Assembly (NCBI GenBank): GCA_003009755.1
Contig: PXUB01000022.1
Span: 16,963-80,962, forward strand
From: Thermoplasmatales archaeon SW_10_69_26
Lineage (GTDB): Archaea; Thermoplasmatota; SW-10-69-26
Direction of reading: 5' to 3'
DNA: 64,000 nt
The notes under the pieces are model-generated. The model worked only from the letters and a program-made list of their open reading frames with translations, did not search any database and was not told the origin of the DNA. Below, piece after piece: positions 40,407-50,661 of this stretch (within the stretch, counting starts at the first letter, position 1; each line of letters begins with the position of its first letter). Made by a program: the position numbers and the translations under genes.

Positions 40407-40762
40407 TGGCCAGCCGACCGAAGACACTTGAGGAACTCCTCGACCTCCTCCACGAGAGGGCCGGCGCGGACGGGCTCGACGTCCGCATCGAAGCATCAAC
40501 GGAACACGACGAGTTGAGCGAAGTCACGCCCGTCGAGGTCACCGTCTCCCTTCCCGCTGGTGGGAGGACTGTGGCTGAGGAGTCCAATCCCTGCCGGGAG
40601 ATGGATCTCAGCACGGCGCTCTACCGCGTCGTCCGTCGCGTCCTCAGAGAGCGCGAGCGGGGACACTACGAGGACTGGCAGCCCGACGGAGACGACGTCC
40701 AATCCGTCGAGATGGGAGCCCTGCTTGAAGAGGACGAGGACGGAGGCGAGGCGGATGGGTAG
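40406..40762 (+). CDS. Viral hypothetical protein
   Basis: Coupled acidic ORF. Confidence 0.55.
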   Translation: MASRPKTLEELLDLLHERAGADGLDVRIEASTEHDELSEVTPVEVTVSLPAGGRTVAEESNPCREMDLSTALYRVVRRVLRERERGHYEDWQPDGDDVQSVEMGALLEEDEDGGEADG

Positions 40763-40877
40763 GACCATCCGCATGGCCTGCCGCTGCCCGACCGGGAGCA
40801 GCGCCATGCTCCAGGACCACATGGACCGAGAGGGCGAATGGCAGGTCCGGCTCTGCCGCTACGGAGGTGACGCCTGA
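40755..40877 (+). CDS. Tiny Cys-containing viral protein (40 aa)
   Basis: RBS upstream; fills the gap between coupled ORFs. Confidence 0.4.
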   Translation: MGRTIRMACRCPTGSSAMLQDHMDREGEWQVRLCRYGGDA

Positions 40878-41071
40878 TGGATCTTACCGGCGCCGAGACC
40901 GACGGGGACCGGCCGGGCGTCTGCGATACCGACGGTTGCGGGCGCCCGGCAGCGTTCGGGAGATGTCGACCCTGTCAGCGCGCCTGGAGACGCGGCAAGG
41001 AGTACGCGACCGACCGCATCGAGGCGCGGATCCGAGAGAAACTGCTCGGCGGGGTGGTCGACCGTGCCTGA
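40877..41071 (+). CDS. Small Zn-finger viral protein
   Basis: 'CDTDGC..C..C'; GGAGGTG RBS. Confidence 0.55.
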   Translation: MDLTGAETDGDRPGVCDTDGCGRPAAFGRCRPCQRAWRRGKEYATDRIEARIREKLLGGVVDRA

Positions 41072-42065
41072 CGGCGAGCCGCGCCCATCTCAGGCCCCGC
41101 CGCGCGTCCAGCCGGCGCCCGAGGGCGACTACGAGACGACCGAGGACGACGCGCCCGGGAAGCACGTGTGCCCGTTCTGTCCCGAGGACAGCCAGTACAG
41201 CAGCTACGCGAAGGCGAAGATCGTGCAGCACGCGACGACGTGGTGCGAGCACGCGTCCGACGAAGTGACGCGCGCCGATGTCGAGGCGATCCTCGACCCC
41301 GACGACGAGACCACGGTCGACCAGATCCTCGCCGAGTACGACCCTGACCACGAGCCCTCGCCGGACGCCGTCGACGAGGACACTTCCCACGAAGACGACG
41401 AGCCCGCCGAAGAGTCCATCCTGGCGAAGGGTCAAAACGAGCCGCCGCACCCCGTCGACGAGGATCCCGACCAGGACGACGGCGAGGCGGACGATCTCGA
41501 CCGGGCCGACCTGCCCGCCCTCCCCAAGGACCTCGAGCAGCACGTCAAAGAGCAGTCCTACCAGGGCGACACGGTGCGCGCCATGCTGCACCTCGCAGAC
41601 CGGGGAGAGCCCGTCTCCACGAGCGATCTCGATGACGTGCTCGGCCAAGTCTGGGACCTCGACGACCCCAGCCAGCGCCGGTCCGACGCGGTCAAACTCG
41701 TGAACAAGAAGGGCTGCCTCGAGGATGAGGGCTGGGGAGAGTGGAGCCTTGCCCGGCGACACCAGCGCCGGCGGCGACGTCGACGATCCGGATCCCGGGG
41801 ACCCCCCTCCTCCGAGCCCTCCTCCCCAACCGAGGACACCAAGCCCGACCCGGAACCCGTGAGGGAGACGACCACCACCAACGAGGACTCCCCCGACAAG
41901 GACGAGCGGGCGGTCAGGCTCGAGCTCGACTCCGAGGAGGCCGAGCTCGCCGAGCAGGCGCTACGCGAGATGCTTGCCGGCATGAACCAGACGCCGTCCG
42001 GGCAGCGCACCGTCCTGAAGCTCTGGCACCGCTTAGACGAGCAGCGACAGGAGGCCGAGCCATGA
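41064..42065 (+). CDS. Zn-finger plus winged-helix viral protein
   Basis: 'CPFC...H....CEH', acidic linker, wHTH-like segment. Confidence 0.55.
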   Translation: MPDGEPRPSQAPPRVQPAPEGDYETTEDDAPGKHVCPFCPEDSQYSSYAKAKIVQHATTWCEHASDEVTRADVEAILDPDDETTVDQILAEYDPDHEPSPDAVDEDTSHEDDEPAEESILAKGQNEPPHPVDEDPDQDDGEADDLDRADLPALPKDLEQHVKEQSYQGDTVRAMLHLADRGEPVSTSDLDDVLGQVWDLDDPSQRRSDAVKLVNKKGCLEDEGWGEWSLARRHQRRRRRRRSGSRGPPSSEPSSPTEDTKPDPEPVRETTTTNEDSPDKDERAVRLELDSEEAELAEQALREMLAGMNQTPSGQRTVLKLWHRLDEQRQEAEP

Positions 42066-42376
42066 CCCCCGACACCGTCACCCACGAAGATCTCCTCATC
42101 GAGGACAACGCGGACTGGTCGGAACCGCGCACGGTCACTCAGGAGGACTGCGCGGCATGCGGCACCACGCACGAGATCCGATACTACCCCATCGAGGACG
42201 CTCCCGTCCCCGTCGGTGAAAAGACGATCAACGGGCGTACCGGAGAGTGCTACCTCTTGGCCGCGGGACCGTGCCCGGAGGCCGACCGGCTCGTCCACGT
42301 CTACGCGACCCGGGATGGGTGGGACTGCCCGCCCGAGTGCAGCATCGACCACGTGCAAGACGGTCCAGACCCATGA
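42062..42376 (+). CDS. Cys-rich viral hypothetical protein
   Basis: ATGA overlap; 'CAAC', 'WDCPPECSIDH'. Confidence 0.55.
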   Translation: MTPDTVTHEDLLIEDNADWSEPRTVTQEDCAACGTTHEIRYYPIEDAPVPVGEKTINGRTGECYLLAAGPCPEADRLVHVYATRDGWDCPPECSIDHVQDGPDP

Positions 42377-42389
42377 GACGGTGACACCC

Positions 42390-42845
42390 ATGAGCCAGGA
42401 CGCAGACCTCCCGCCCGACGACCGCCGCTGCACGGCCACGAACAACCGCGGCGAACGCTGCCGCAAGTACGCCATCAAGGGCGGGAACGTCTGCGAGGTC
42501 CACGGTGGTAGCGCCCCCCAGGTCAAGAAGAAGGCCGGGGAGCGGATGAGAGAGGCCGCCGCCCCCGCAATCCACGACCTCGACACCACACGGCAGGAAA
42601 TCCGCGACATCCTGGCAGACCTCCTCGACGGTCTCGACGCCGCCGACCTACTCGAGAGCGAGGACGTCGACGACGAGGACCTCCTCCACCTGGCGATGAG
42701 CCTCAGCGGCCACCACGAAGACCTCACCGCTGACATCCTCGACCGCGCCGGATACCCGAAGGCCGAACGCCGCGAGATCGCCAGCGACGAAGCCAACCCG
42801 CTCACCCTCCTGATCGACAGCCTCCGCGACGATGAACCAGCTTAA
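42390..42845 (+). CDS. terS: Terminase small subunit (HGGxS-type Zn domain)
   Basis: 'RCTATNNRGERCRKYAIKGGNVCEVHGGS'; directly upstream of TerL. Confidence 0.7.
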   Translation: MSQDADLPPDDRRCTATNNRGERCRKYAIKGGNVCEVHGGSAPQVKKKAGERMREAAAPAIHDLDTTRQEIRDILADLLDGLDAADLLESEDVDDEDLLHLAMSLSGHHEDLTADILDRAGYPKAERREIASDEANPLTLLIDSLRDDEPA

Positions 42846-44286
42846 GACCGCAGCCGAGCACCTCCAACGCCTCCGACACGAGCGCGACGTTCGCGCCCTG
42901 TGCCAGCACCTCCTCGGCTTCGACCCCAGCCCCCGCCAACAGGAGATCATCGAGGCCATCGCCTACGAGGACCACGACCGCCTCGCCATCACGGCCCCGA
43001 CCCGATACGGGAAGACGCTCGCCGTCGCCGCCGGCCTGTGCCTGCTCATCCTCCTCAACGACGAGCCGATCGGGATCGGCGTCATCAGCGCCACCAAGGG
43101 CCAGGCGAAGAAGATGCGCGACTACGTAGCCGAGTTCGTCGTCGCCTGCCCGTTGCTCGAGGAGCTGCTCGAGCTCGATGTCGGCCAGAAGGACGTCGAG
43201 CGCCTCACCAAGGAGGTCAGCCGCGAGAAGCTAACCTTCCAGGACGGCAAGACCTTCGAGATCCACTCGGCGCACGGTAAGGCCAACCGCGTCATGGGCG
43301 AGGGCGAAGAGGTGCTCGTCATCGAAGAGTGCGCCCTCATCGACGACGACACCTACCGCGAGAAGGTGCGCCGCATGGCCGAGGGCGCCCTCTACGAAAT
43401 CAGCAACCCCTGGAGCAAACACTCGGAGTTTTTCAACAGCTGGCAGAGCGACCGCTACCACAACATCCAGGTCCTCCTCGAGGACGCCCTCAAGGAATAC
43501 GAGACGAACGAGGACTGGGGCGTTGACCCGGACCTCGTCGAGGAGCAACGCGAGCGCCTCGACGAGATCACGTTCACCGTCCAATACGAATCCCGATTCC
43601 CCGACGACGTTGAGGATACCCTCGTCAAGTGGAGCTGGATCGTCGACGCCGTCGAGGCCAGCCCGCCGGACCCCGACGATCACCCTGTGGACCAGGTCCA
43701 GTACGGCATGGACGTCGCCAACGAGGGCACGGACTCGACCGTCCTCATCCGCGTCGAGTGGCGCAACAGCGTCGCGACCGTGACGCACGTCTGGTCGTGG
43801 CAGCGCGCCGACACGCAGGAGAACGCTGACCGCGCGGAGAAACGGATCCGCGAAACCGACGGCCTCGAGGACTGGGACCTCGGCGTCGACGCCGTCGGCG
43901 AAGGCAAGGGAACCTACGACGAGATGGCCGACCGGTTCCCCGACCAAGTCCACGACTTCAAAGGCTCCCGGAAGCCGTCGAAGAAGGAGCGCCGGGAACG
44001 CGAGAGCCTCGACGCGGACGAGTACCGGTTCAAGAGCATCAAGCACGAGGCGCACTGGCACACGCGCGACCTGTTCGAGGACGGCGCCATCCGGATCCCC
44101 GACCACGCCGACCTGAGGCAGGACTGCTCGCGGTCACGCTACGAGATTAAGCGCGGCAAGGTCCACGTCCACTTCGAGGACGAGGACAACGACAGCCCCG
44201 ACCACTTCGACGCCCTCACAATCAGCCTGTTCCCCACCGACCGCTTCGCGAGCGGGATCCAGGTCGAGCCCGCCTGGACCGCCTGA
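42832..44286 (+). CDS. terL: Terminase large subunit
   Basis: Walker A 'APTRYGKT', Walker B 'LVIEE', 'ISNP', nuclease 'GMDVA..G.D', 'SPDHFDAL'. Confidence 0.93.
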   Translation: MNQLKTAAEHLQRLRHERDVRALCQHLLGFDPSPRQQEIIEAIAYEDHDRLAITAPTRYGKTLAVAAGLCLLILLNDEPIGIGVISATKGQAKKMRDYVAEFVVACPLLEELLELDVGQKDVERLTKEVSREKLTFQDGKTFEIHSAHGKANRVMGEGEEVLVIEECALIDDDTYREKVRRMAEGALYEISNPWSKHSEFFNSWQSDRYHNIQVLLEDALKEYETNEDWGVDPDLVEEQRERLDEITFTVQYESRFPDDVEDTLVKWSWIVDAVEASPPDPDDHPVDQVQYGMDVANEGTDSTVLIRVEWRNSVATVTHVWSWQRADTQENADRAEKRIRETDGLEDWDLGVDAVGEGKGTYDEMADRFPDQVHDFKGSRKPSKKERRERESLDADEYRFKSIKHEAHWHTRDLFEDGAIRIPDHADLRQDCSRSRYEIKRGKVHVHFEDEDNDSPDHFDALTISLFPTDRFASGIQVEPAWTA

Positions 44287-44303
44287 CTTACAACTCCCAC
44301 TCC

Positions 44304-44663
44304 ATGTCTATGAACAGCGTGCTCTACCGGGCCCGCGTCTGGCTCGCCCGCCTAGCAGCCCGTCTCCTCTTCCTTCACCCGAACGAGGTCGCGCTCACGC
44401 CCTACGAGGTCGTCCCGGACCTCGAGGACGAGCCCGACCAGGTCCACGTCTGGGTGTGCCCCGACGCCACTGACGAGCAAGAGGTGGACCTGCTCGAGGC
44501 CGTAGAGCGCGCGCACCGTGCCCACTTCGGGCGTGAGTCACGAGCGTTGAACATCGTGACGAACGAGGCCGCTGAGGTCAGCGAGCTGCGGCGGGAGGAG
44601 GTCGAAGCCTACGTGGACCCCTGGACCAAACGCACCCCTCAGCAACGGAGGAACGGACGATGA
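44304..44663 (+). CDS. Viral hypothetical protein
   Basis: ORF between terL and portal. Confidence 0.6.
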   Translation: MSMNSVLYRARVWLARLAARLLFLHPNEVALTPYEVVPDLEDEPDQVHVWVCPDATDEQEVDLLEAVERAHRAHFGRESRALNIVTNEAAEVSELRREEVEAYVDPWTKRTPQQRRNGR

Positions 44664-44851
44664 CGACCTCAGCATCGACATCGACGAACTCGCGCCCCAA
44701 CCCCCGCTGCCCGATGCACGGCGACGACGAAGAGCCCATCATGGGGATTCGCGTGGATGCCGACCTGACCGAGGACGAGCTCAACCAGCTCCGCGAAGAG
44801 CACCGCCAGATGAACGACGACGTCGACGTCACGCTCCAGGAGGATCGCTGA
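44660..44851 (+). CDS. Small viral protein ('CPMH' motif)
   Basis: Coupled on both sides. Confidence 0.5.
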   Translation: MTTSASTSTNSRPNPRCPMHGDDEEPIMGIRVDADLTEDELNQLREEHRQMNDDVDVTLQEDR

Positions 44852-47460
44852 TGCCCACGACCACGCTGAAGAAGCAGGCCCAAATGGCCGCGGCGAACGC
44901 AGACCCCGAAGCCCCGAAGGCTCTCCGCAACACGCACCTCTGGGACACACAAGGATACGGCAGCCCGCGCTACCAGGACCTCGTCACCGCGCGAACGCTC
45001 GAGCAAACCCACACCTTGCAGATCCCGATCGGGACGATCAAGGAGCAGATCGCGACCACGCCCATCACGGTCCGCCCCACCGTGGACGACCCGACGGACG
45101 CGCACTGGGACGCCGCCGAGCAGGTGCTGGAGTGGCTGCAGGGCAACTTCAATCCGAACCGCGAGAGCTTCAGCCACTTCCTGAAGCAGATCACGAACGA
45201 CATCCTGAGCATCGACGCTGGCGTCATCGAGCTCATCCCCGACAGCGAGGGCCTCCTCTGGGGGATGAAGGCCCGCGACGGCGCCGCGTTCACAAAGGAC
45301 CCTGACGAGCACGGGTTCCTCCCGGAGCCCGGCAGCGACGACACCGCCTACTGGCAGTTCGGCGCCGGCATGGGCCACCTCGCTATCGACCGGGACAAGA
45401 CCTTCCGCGAGGCTCTGCTTGAGCAGCAGCAGGTGTTCAGCCAGGCCGGGATGCAGAAACCGGTCGCGTTCACGCGCGACGAGATCTGCTGGATCGAGAC
45501 GAACCCGCGCTCCTGGCACGACTACGGTCTCGGGCGCGTCCAAATCGTGCAGCGCGTCGTCGAGATCATCGCGAACCAGGACGTCGAGAACAAGCGCTTC
45601 TTCACGAGCGGTGAACTCGCCGACCTCATCATGTCGCTACCCGGCTTCAGCGACAACGACCTGGAGAACTTTAAGGAGTTCTGGACGGACGAAGTCGTCG
45701 GGCAAGAGCACGTCGCGCCCATGGTGAACCACGAGGTCGACGTGAACCGCCTGCGCCCACCCCTGCAGGACCTGCAGTTCCTCGAGAGCCAGGAGTGGTA
45801 TCACAAGCTCGTGTGGTTCGCGTTCGGCGTCCCCGTCGGCGAGGTCGGCGAAAGCGCCGAGGTCAACCGCGCCACCGCCGAGTCCCACCGAGGCACGATG
45901 TGGGAGAAGACGACGCGCCCACTCATGCACTCGATCGAGCAGGAGATCAACGACACCGTCCTCATCTTCCACCCGGCCTGGCACGAGGTCGACGGCGAGC
46001 TTGAGTTCGCGTTCGACCCCGACTTCACGCCCAAGGACGCCGAGCGCCGGCGCCGCCAGACCGAGGACCTAGCGAACGGCTTGGCCACGATCAACGAGGT
46101 CCGCCAAGAACGCGGCGAGGAAGAGGTCCCCTGGGGCGACCTCCCCGACCCCTTGCTTCAGGCCGTCGCACGGAACCATCCCGAATGGGCGCTCGAGCAC
46201 TGGGCCGACGTCGACGACCCGCCCGAGAGCGATCCCGGCATGGGGTTGCTCGGCGCCAACCCCAATGGCGGCGGCCCCCACGACCCCGACAACGATGATG
46301 GCGCCGCCGCCACCCAATCCCGGCCCCGGTCGCAAGCGCCGACCATGCAGGCGCTTGCGACGGAGCGCGACGCGCTGCGCGACACGGACGAGGGCGAGGG
46401 CGACGAGATCCCCCGCCAGGCACGGCGAGTCATCAGCCTCGCCAGCCAGCTGGGCACGATCATCGAGCGCGAGCTCACACTCGTCCTTGAGGACTTGCAG
46501 GACGAGTGGCCCAACCAGGACGAGGCCCAGCCTGACCGGAAGGCGTTCGCCCCCGACCTCGAGACGCTGGTCGGAACCATTCGGTTCGCGCCCGCTATGA
46601 AGGCCGCGGCCGTCGCCGCTGGCGAGGACGCACTCCAGGAGAGCGTCGACACGCACGCGGAGAACCTCGAGGAGGAGATCAACGACCTCGTCGAGGACGA
46701 GCCTGAGCTTGAGCTCGACCTGGACGTGGAGGACACGGCCGCACTCAAGCGCCTCGAGGAGAACGCCGGCTGGCGCATGGAGGAAGTCGAGGACACCGTC
46801 AAGGAGCGCATCAATCGGACCTTGTCGCGCGTCGCCGAGGGGGATGGCACCGTGGGCGACATGACCGAGGCGTTGCGCGAGGAGATCGACGCGATCACAA
46901 GCGAGCACGCCCGCACGGTGGCCCGGACCGAGGTCATGGACGCCAGCCGCGAAGGCTCACAGGCCTTGGCAGAGAGCACGAGCGTCGTCAATCGGAAGGA
47001 GTGGATGGCGACCAGCGACGCCCGCACGCGTCCCTGGCACGACGCCATGGACGAGGAGACCGTGCCCGTCGACGGGTCGTTCACCGTGCCGGACGGTTGG
47101 GAGGGCAAGCCCCACTACCAGCCCTCGGACTACCCGCGCGAGGCGTTCAAGGTCGGCGACGACCAGCCCTACCGGTGCCGGTGCGAGCAGCTGCCCGTCG
47201 TCGCCGAGGACCGGTTCCCCGACATGGAGAGCCTGGCCCGGTGCCCGGATGTCAAGCGGGCCCACGCTCCTGATTACGCGACGGTGGAGACGGAGAAGCA
47301 GCGCGTGGTCCTGTTCTGCCACGCGGAACCGGGCGAGGGGTTGACCGAGCTGCTCGATCGCGTGAAGAACGAGGAGCGGCTGAGCAGCCGCAAAGCGCTG
47401 GACCGTCTCGGGATCGGGAGCCTCGACACCTTGTACGGCTGGGGATGGAAGGACCTCTGA
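44851..47460 (+). CDS. Portal protein fused to MuF (SPP1 gp7-like) domain and C-terminal HTH
   Basis: Portal 'DLQFLE..FGVP', 'TINEVRQERG'; MuF 'ARTVARTE', 'KEWMATSDARTRPWH', 'YRCRC'; terminal HTH-like 'SSRKALDRLGIGSLDTLYGW'. Confidence 0.88.
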   Translation: MPTTTLKKQAQMAAANADPEAPKALRNTHLWDTQGYGSPRYQDLVTARTLEQTHTLQIPIGTIKEQIATTPITVRPTVDDPTDAHWDAAEQVLEWLQGNFNPNRESFSHFLKQITNDILSIDAGVIELIPDSEGLLWGMKARDGAAFTKDPDEHGFLPEPGSDDTAYWQFGAGMGHLAIDRDKTFREALLEQQQVFSQAGMQKPVAFTRDEICWIETNPRSWHDYGLGRVQIVQRVVEIIANQDVENKRFFTSGELADLIMSLPGFSDNDLENFKEFWTDEVVGQEHVAPMVNHEVDVNRLRPPLQDLQFLESQEWYHKLVWFAFGVPVGEVGESAEVNRATAESHRGTMWEKTTRPLMHSIEQEINDTVLIFHPAWHEVDGELEFAFDPDFTPKDAERRRRQTEDLANGLATINEVRQERGEEEVPWGDLPDPLLQAVARNHPEWALEHWADVDDPPESDPGMGLLGANPNGGGPHDPDNDDGAAATQSRPRSQAPTMQALATERDALRDTDEGEGDEIPRQARRVISLASQLGTIIERELTLVLEDLQDEWPNQDEAQPDRKAFAPDLETLVGTIRFAPAMKAAAVAAGEDALQESVDTHAENLEEEINDLVEDEPELELDLDVEDTAALKRLEENAGWRMEEVEDTVKERINRTLSRVAEGDGTVGDMTEALREEIDAITSEHARTVARTEVMDASREGSQALAESTSVVNRKEWMATSDARTRPWHDAMDEETVPVDGSFTVPDGWEGKPHYQPSDYPREAFKVGDDQPYRCRCEQLPVVAEDRFPDMESLARCPDVKRAHAPDYATVETEKQRVVLFCHAEPGEGLTELLDRVKNEERLSSRKALDRLGIGSLDTLYGWGWKDL

Positions 47461-47465
47461 GGCGC

Positions 47466-47483
47466 GGTGTAACGCGCCGTAAC
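47466..47483 (+). promoter_or_regulatory. 18-bp viral motif GGTGTAACGCGCCGTAAC, copy 1
   Basis: Identical copy at 55839-55856; upstream of the protease/capsid genes. Confidence 0.6.
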
Positions 47484-47512
47484 TACACGCCCGCGCCCCT
47501 CATTCGGGCTTG

Positions 47513-48646
47513 ATGCCGGCGCGGCCCGCGCAGAAACGCGTCAAGCGCGTCCGACCCAACTCGAAGGACGTCACGCTCGACGAGGGAGACGACGGCCAGC
47601 GCCGCCTCACCGTCCCCATCAGCAGCACGGAGGAAGACCGGGACGGCGACCTCGTCACGCTCACCGCGCTCGAGAGCATGCGGGACCAGATTGAGGCCGA
47701 CCGCGTCCCCCTGTTCCTCGACCACGGCCTCGACGACACCGGGGCCATGAGATACCGCGTCGAGGACATGATCGGCGCCTGGGAAGAGGCGCGCATCGAG
47801 ACCGACCCTGGCACCGGCGAGTCCACGCTCATCGCGACCGCCGTCCTCGAGGAAGACAACCCCGACGCGGACATGCTCTGGACCAAGCTCGAGAACGGGC
47901 TCCCCGTCGGGTTCTCGATCGGGTACTTCGTGCTCGAGAGCGAGCAGCGCGACCCGGAGGAGACGCGCGTCGAGCAGCCGTTCGACCCGCTCGTCATCGA
48001 CGACGTTGACCTCGTCGAGACGAGCCCCGTCGGCATCCCCTCGAACCCCGCAAGCGTTGCCGGCGTCGACGTCGAAGACGCCCTCCGCACGGCTGCAGCC
48101 GGAACCAGTCACTCTCCCAGAGAGCTCAAACAAGCGCTGGCGGGCGCGCTCACGACCGTGCTCACCCAGGACAACGTGGAGGACAACATGACCACCGACC
48201 CTGACGACGCCGACGAGCCCAGCGACGAGACCGAGACCGGCGACGGCCCCGACGCCGACGAGGGAGAAGGGGAACCGGCCACGGGCGACGTCGACCTGGA
48301 CGAGCTCGCCGACGCGATCGCCGAGCGGGTAGCGCCCGATCTCGTCGACGCCGTCGAGAGCGCCTTCCCCACCGACGAGGACGACGAGGACGAGGACGAC
48401 GATGAGGAGACCGAGTCCTCGGACCCGGAGGGCGAGGAGCCCGAAGAGGGCGAAGGCGAGGGTGAGCGCGATGCTCCCCGCGGTGATCCACGAGAGAAGG
48501 AGAGCCCCGGCCCTCGGGGCATGAAGACGCACCCCGACCGTGACCCCGAACAGGACGAGGGGAGCGGGGAAGGGTCTCAGACTGACAGTTCTGGGGGCAG
48601 CCCGGTGGGCGGTCCCCGCATCCCTGCCATCGACGGAGGTAGCTAG
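47513..48646 (+). CDS. HK97-family prohead protease with acidic scaffold-like tail
   Basis: 'EDRDGD', 'LFLDH', 'GFSIGY', 'LVETSPVGIPSNP'. Confidence 0.9.
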   Translation: MPARPAQKRVKRVRPNSKDVTLDEGDDGQRRLTVPISSTEEDRDGDLVTLTALESMRDQIEADRVPLFLDHGLDDTGAMRYRVEDMIGAWEEARIETDPGTGESTLIATAVLEEDNPDADMLWTKLENGLPVGFSIGYFVLESEQRDPEETRVEQPFDPLVIDDVDLVETSPVGIPSNPASVAGVDVEDALRTAAAGTSHSPRELKQALAGALTTVLTQDNVEDNMTTDPDDADEPSDETETGDGPDADEGEGEPATGDVDLDELADAIAERVAPDLVDAVESAFPTDEDDEDEDDDEETESSDPEGEEPEEGEGEGERDAPRGDPREKESPGPRGMKTHPDRDPEQDEGSGEGSQTDSSGGSPVGGPRIPAIDGGS

Positions 48647-48648
48647 TC

Positions 48649-49929
48649 ATGCAAGCGAAGAAGGCCCTCGGCCTCGACTCGAAGTCCGACGCGTTCCAAA
48701 GCCTCTGGCGCAACTGGGGCTTCGACACGCGAGAGCAGAAGGGCACCGGAGAAACCGTCACGCAGAGCCTGCAGTCCTGGCACCGGCAGATGGCCGAGGC
48801 TGGGCGCTTCCAGGCCAGGGTCGCCGAAGAGATCGAAGGCCCCGACGGCGAGACGCGCCGCGGACTCAAGGGCATGGCCCGTCACGTCCTCGCCCTGCAA
48901 CAGGAGGCGATGGAGAACGACGGCCAGCTGCCGGAGACCGACCAGGCCGGGGCCTGGAACCAGTCGATGCTGGACGCGCACACTCCGCTGGTGTTCGACC
49001 CGGAGATCTACCAGCTCATCACCGATGAGACGCCCATCCTCACCGAGGTCCCCACGATCGGGCAGATGGGCTTCACCGCGAAGACCAACCGGATCGACCA
49101 GCGCGATGAGCCGATCGGCTGGGTGAACGAGAGCACAGCGCTGCGCCTCGTCGACGAGACGCACAGCGACGACTCGCTCGACGACATCCAGCAGGACATG
49201 CTGATCCACGCGGACCTCGTCGAGATCAGCGACTTCGCTGCCCGCGCCACGGAGCACTACGAGGGCCTCACGCCCCTGCGCGAGACCGCGCTCGGCACGC
49301 GCCTGGTCGAGGATCGCCGCCACATGGAGCGCTCGGTGCTCTACGCCGACCCCAACGCGTCGGCGGACACGGACCACTCGGACGTGCGCGGCAGCATCTT
49401 CAGCCCGGACGCCACGCCGAGCCTCTCCACGTTCGCCGAGACTGCTGGCAACGATATCGACAAGAGCACGGTGTCGGCGGACATCGGCGAGGACATCAAG
49501 AGCGAGATCGCCGCGCTCGAGCAGTCGCAGGAGAACGTCGATCGCAGCGACATGGTGATCTCGGTCAGTGAGACCATGTTCGACGTGCTCGAGAACGAGC
49601 ACGAAGGCCAGCGCCGGTACACGAGCGAGGACAACGAGGCCGTCGTTGGCTTCGACGGGATCCGCATCGGTGGCGTGCCCGTCGTGCCCGCCGATCAAGT
49701 CCGCACGCACAGCTACGGGGCGGGCACCAACGAGATCACGCGCGGCGACCCCGGCGACGTGTTCGTCCTCAACAAGCGCGCCGTGCAGTTCCGGTCGCTC
49801 GCCCCGCTCATGACGGTCCCGCTGGGCCGCCGCGGGCTCGGCGAGGAGGTCGCCCTCGGCGAGTATGGGGCGCTCGTCGACCGGAGTAACGGTCGCCACA
49901 CGCTCTGGCTGAAGGCCTACGACATCTGA
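48649..49929 (+). CDS. Major capsid protein (HK97 fold)
   Basis: Position after protease, size, 'P.V.DPEI', C-terminal 'LAPL..VPLGR.G..EE...GEYGALV'. Confidence 0.85.
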   Translation: MQAKKALGLDSKSDAFQSLWRNWGFDTREQKGTGETVTQSLQSWHRQMAEAGRFQARVAEEIEGPDGETRRGLKGMARHVLALQQEAMENDGQLPETDQAGAWNQSMLDAHTPLVFDPEIYQLITDETPILTEVPTIGQMGFTAKTNRIDQRDEPIGWVNESTALRLVDETHSDDSLDDIQQDMLIHADLVEISDFAARATEHYEGLTPLRETALGTRLVEDRRHMERSVLYADPNASADTDHSDVRGSIFSPDATPSLSTFAETAGNDIDKSTVSADIGEDIKSEIAALEQSQENVDRSDMVISVSETMFDVLENEHEGQRRYTSEDNEAVVGFDGIRIGGVPVVPADQVRTHSYGAGTNEITRGDPGDVFVLNKRAVQFRSLAPLMTVPLGRRGLGEEVALGEYGALVDRSNGRHTLWLKAYDI

Positions 49930-49944
49930 GCGAGGTGACAAGAG

Positions 49945-50301
49945 ATGCCCACGTGGGAGCACCGGGACGGCGAGGACGCACCCAGCCGCGTCACGACCGC
50001 GCGCCGCGACAACCGCCCCGTCGACGAGGAGGGCCGTTTCCACGCGCCCGCCGACCCCGAGACGCGGGAACGCCTCGAAGCGGCCGGCCACACGCTCCTC
50101 AAGGAGAGCGACCTCAAGGAGGAGCAGGAGGGGGACACCGACGACGAGGAGGGCGTGGACGACCTGGAGAAGCTGGACTACAGCGACCTGCAGGATCGCG
50201 CGCGAGGCCTCCGCGAGGAGGGCGTGCTCCCCGAGGGCTTCTCTCTCCAGCAGTCCAAGGAGGATCTCATCGCGGGGATCCGCGATGCCCAGGAGGAGTG
50301 A
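49945..50301 (+). CDS. Viral protein with Rho-N/HeH-like C-terminus
   Basis: 'LEKLDYSDLQDRA...KEDLIAGI'. Confidence 0.55.
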   Translation: MPTWEHRDGEDAPSRVTTARRDNRPVDEEGRFHAPADPETRERLEAAGHTLLKESDLKEEQEGDTDDEEGVDDLEKLDYSDLQDRARGLREEGVLPEGFSLQQSKEDLIAGIRDAQEE

Positions 50302-50304
50302 CGC

Positions 50305-50661
50305 GTGACCGTTGAGCAGGACAAGCGAAAGTACAAGCGCCTCGTCGAACTCGCCGAGGGCCAGGCAGGAGAGGTCGCCCGGAAGCGCACACATGGCCAC
50401 TTCCACGGGAGCATCACGGCCCTGTTCGCGAACGCGGGCTCCAACGCCAGCGCAACGATCGAGGTCTACGGCTCCAACGACCCGAACCGCAGCCAAGGCG
50501 AGGGCGAGCTGCTCGAGAGCGCCACCGTCTTGGCCGCGGGCGAGACCTCCCTGTCGTGGGCGGACAAGAGCTACCGAGACGTCTACGTGGACCTCGAGAG
50601 CATCGAGGATCTCCAGCTCGACGAGCTTGCGATCCACGTCAGTGGCCAGGACAAGGGGTGA
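50305..50661 (+). CDS. Putative virion beta-strand protein
   Basis: RBS, head-module position, beta-rich. Confidence 0.55.
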   Translation: MTVEQDKRKYKRLVELAEGQAGEVARKRTHGHFHGSITALFANAGSNASATIEVYGSNDPNRSQGEGELLESATVLAAGETSLSWADKSYRDVYVDLESIEDLQLDELAIHVSGQDKG

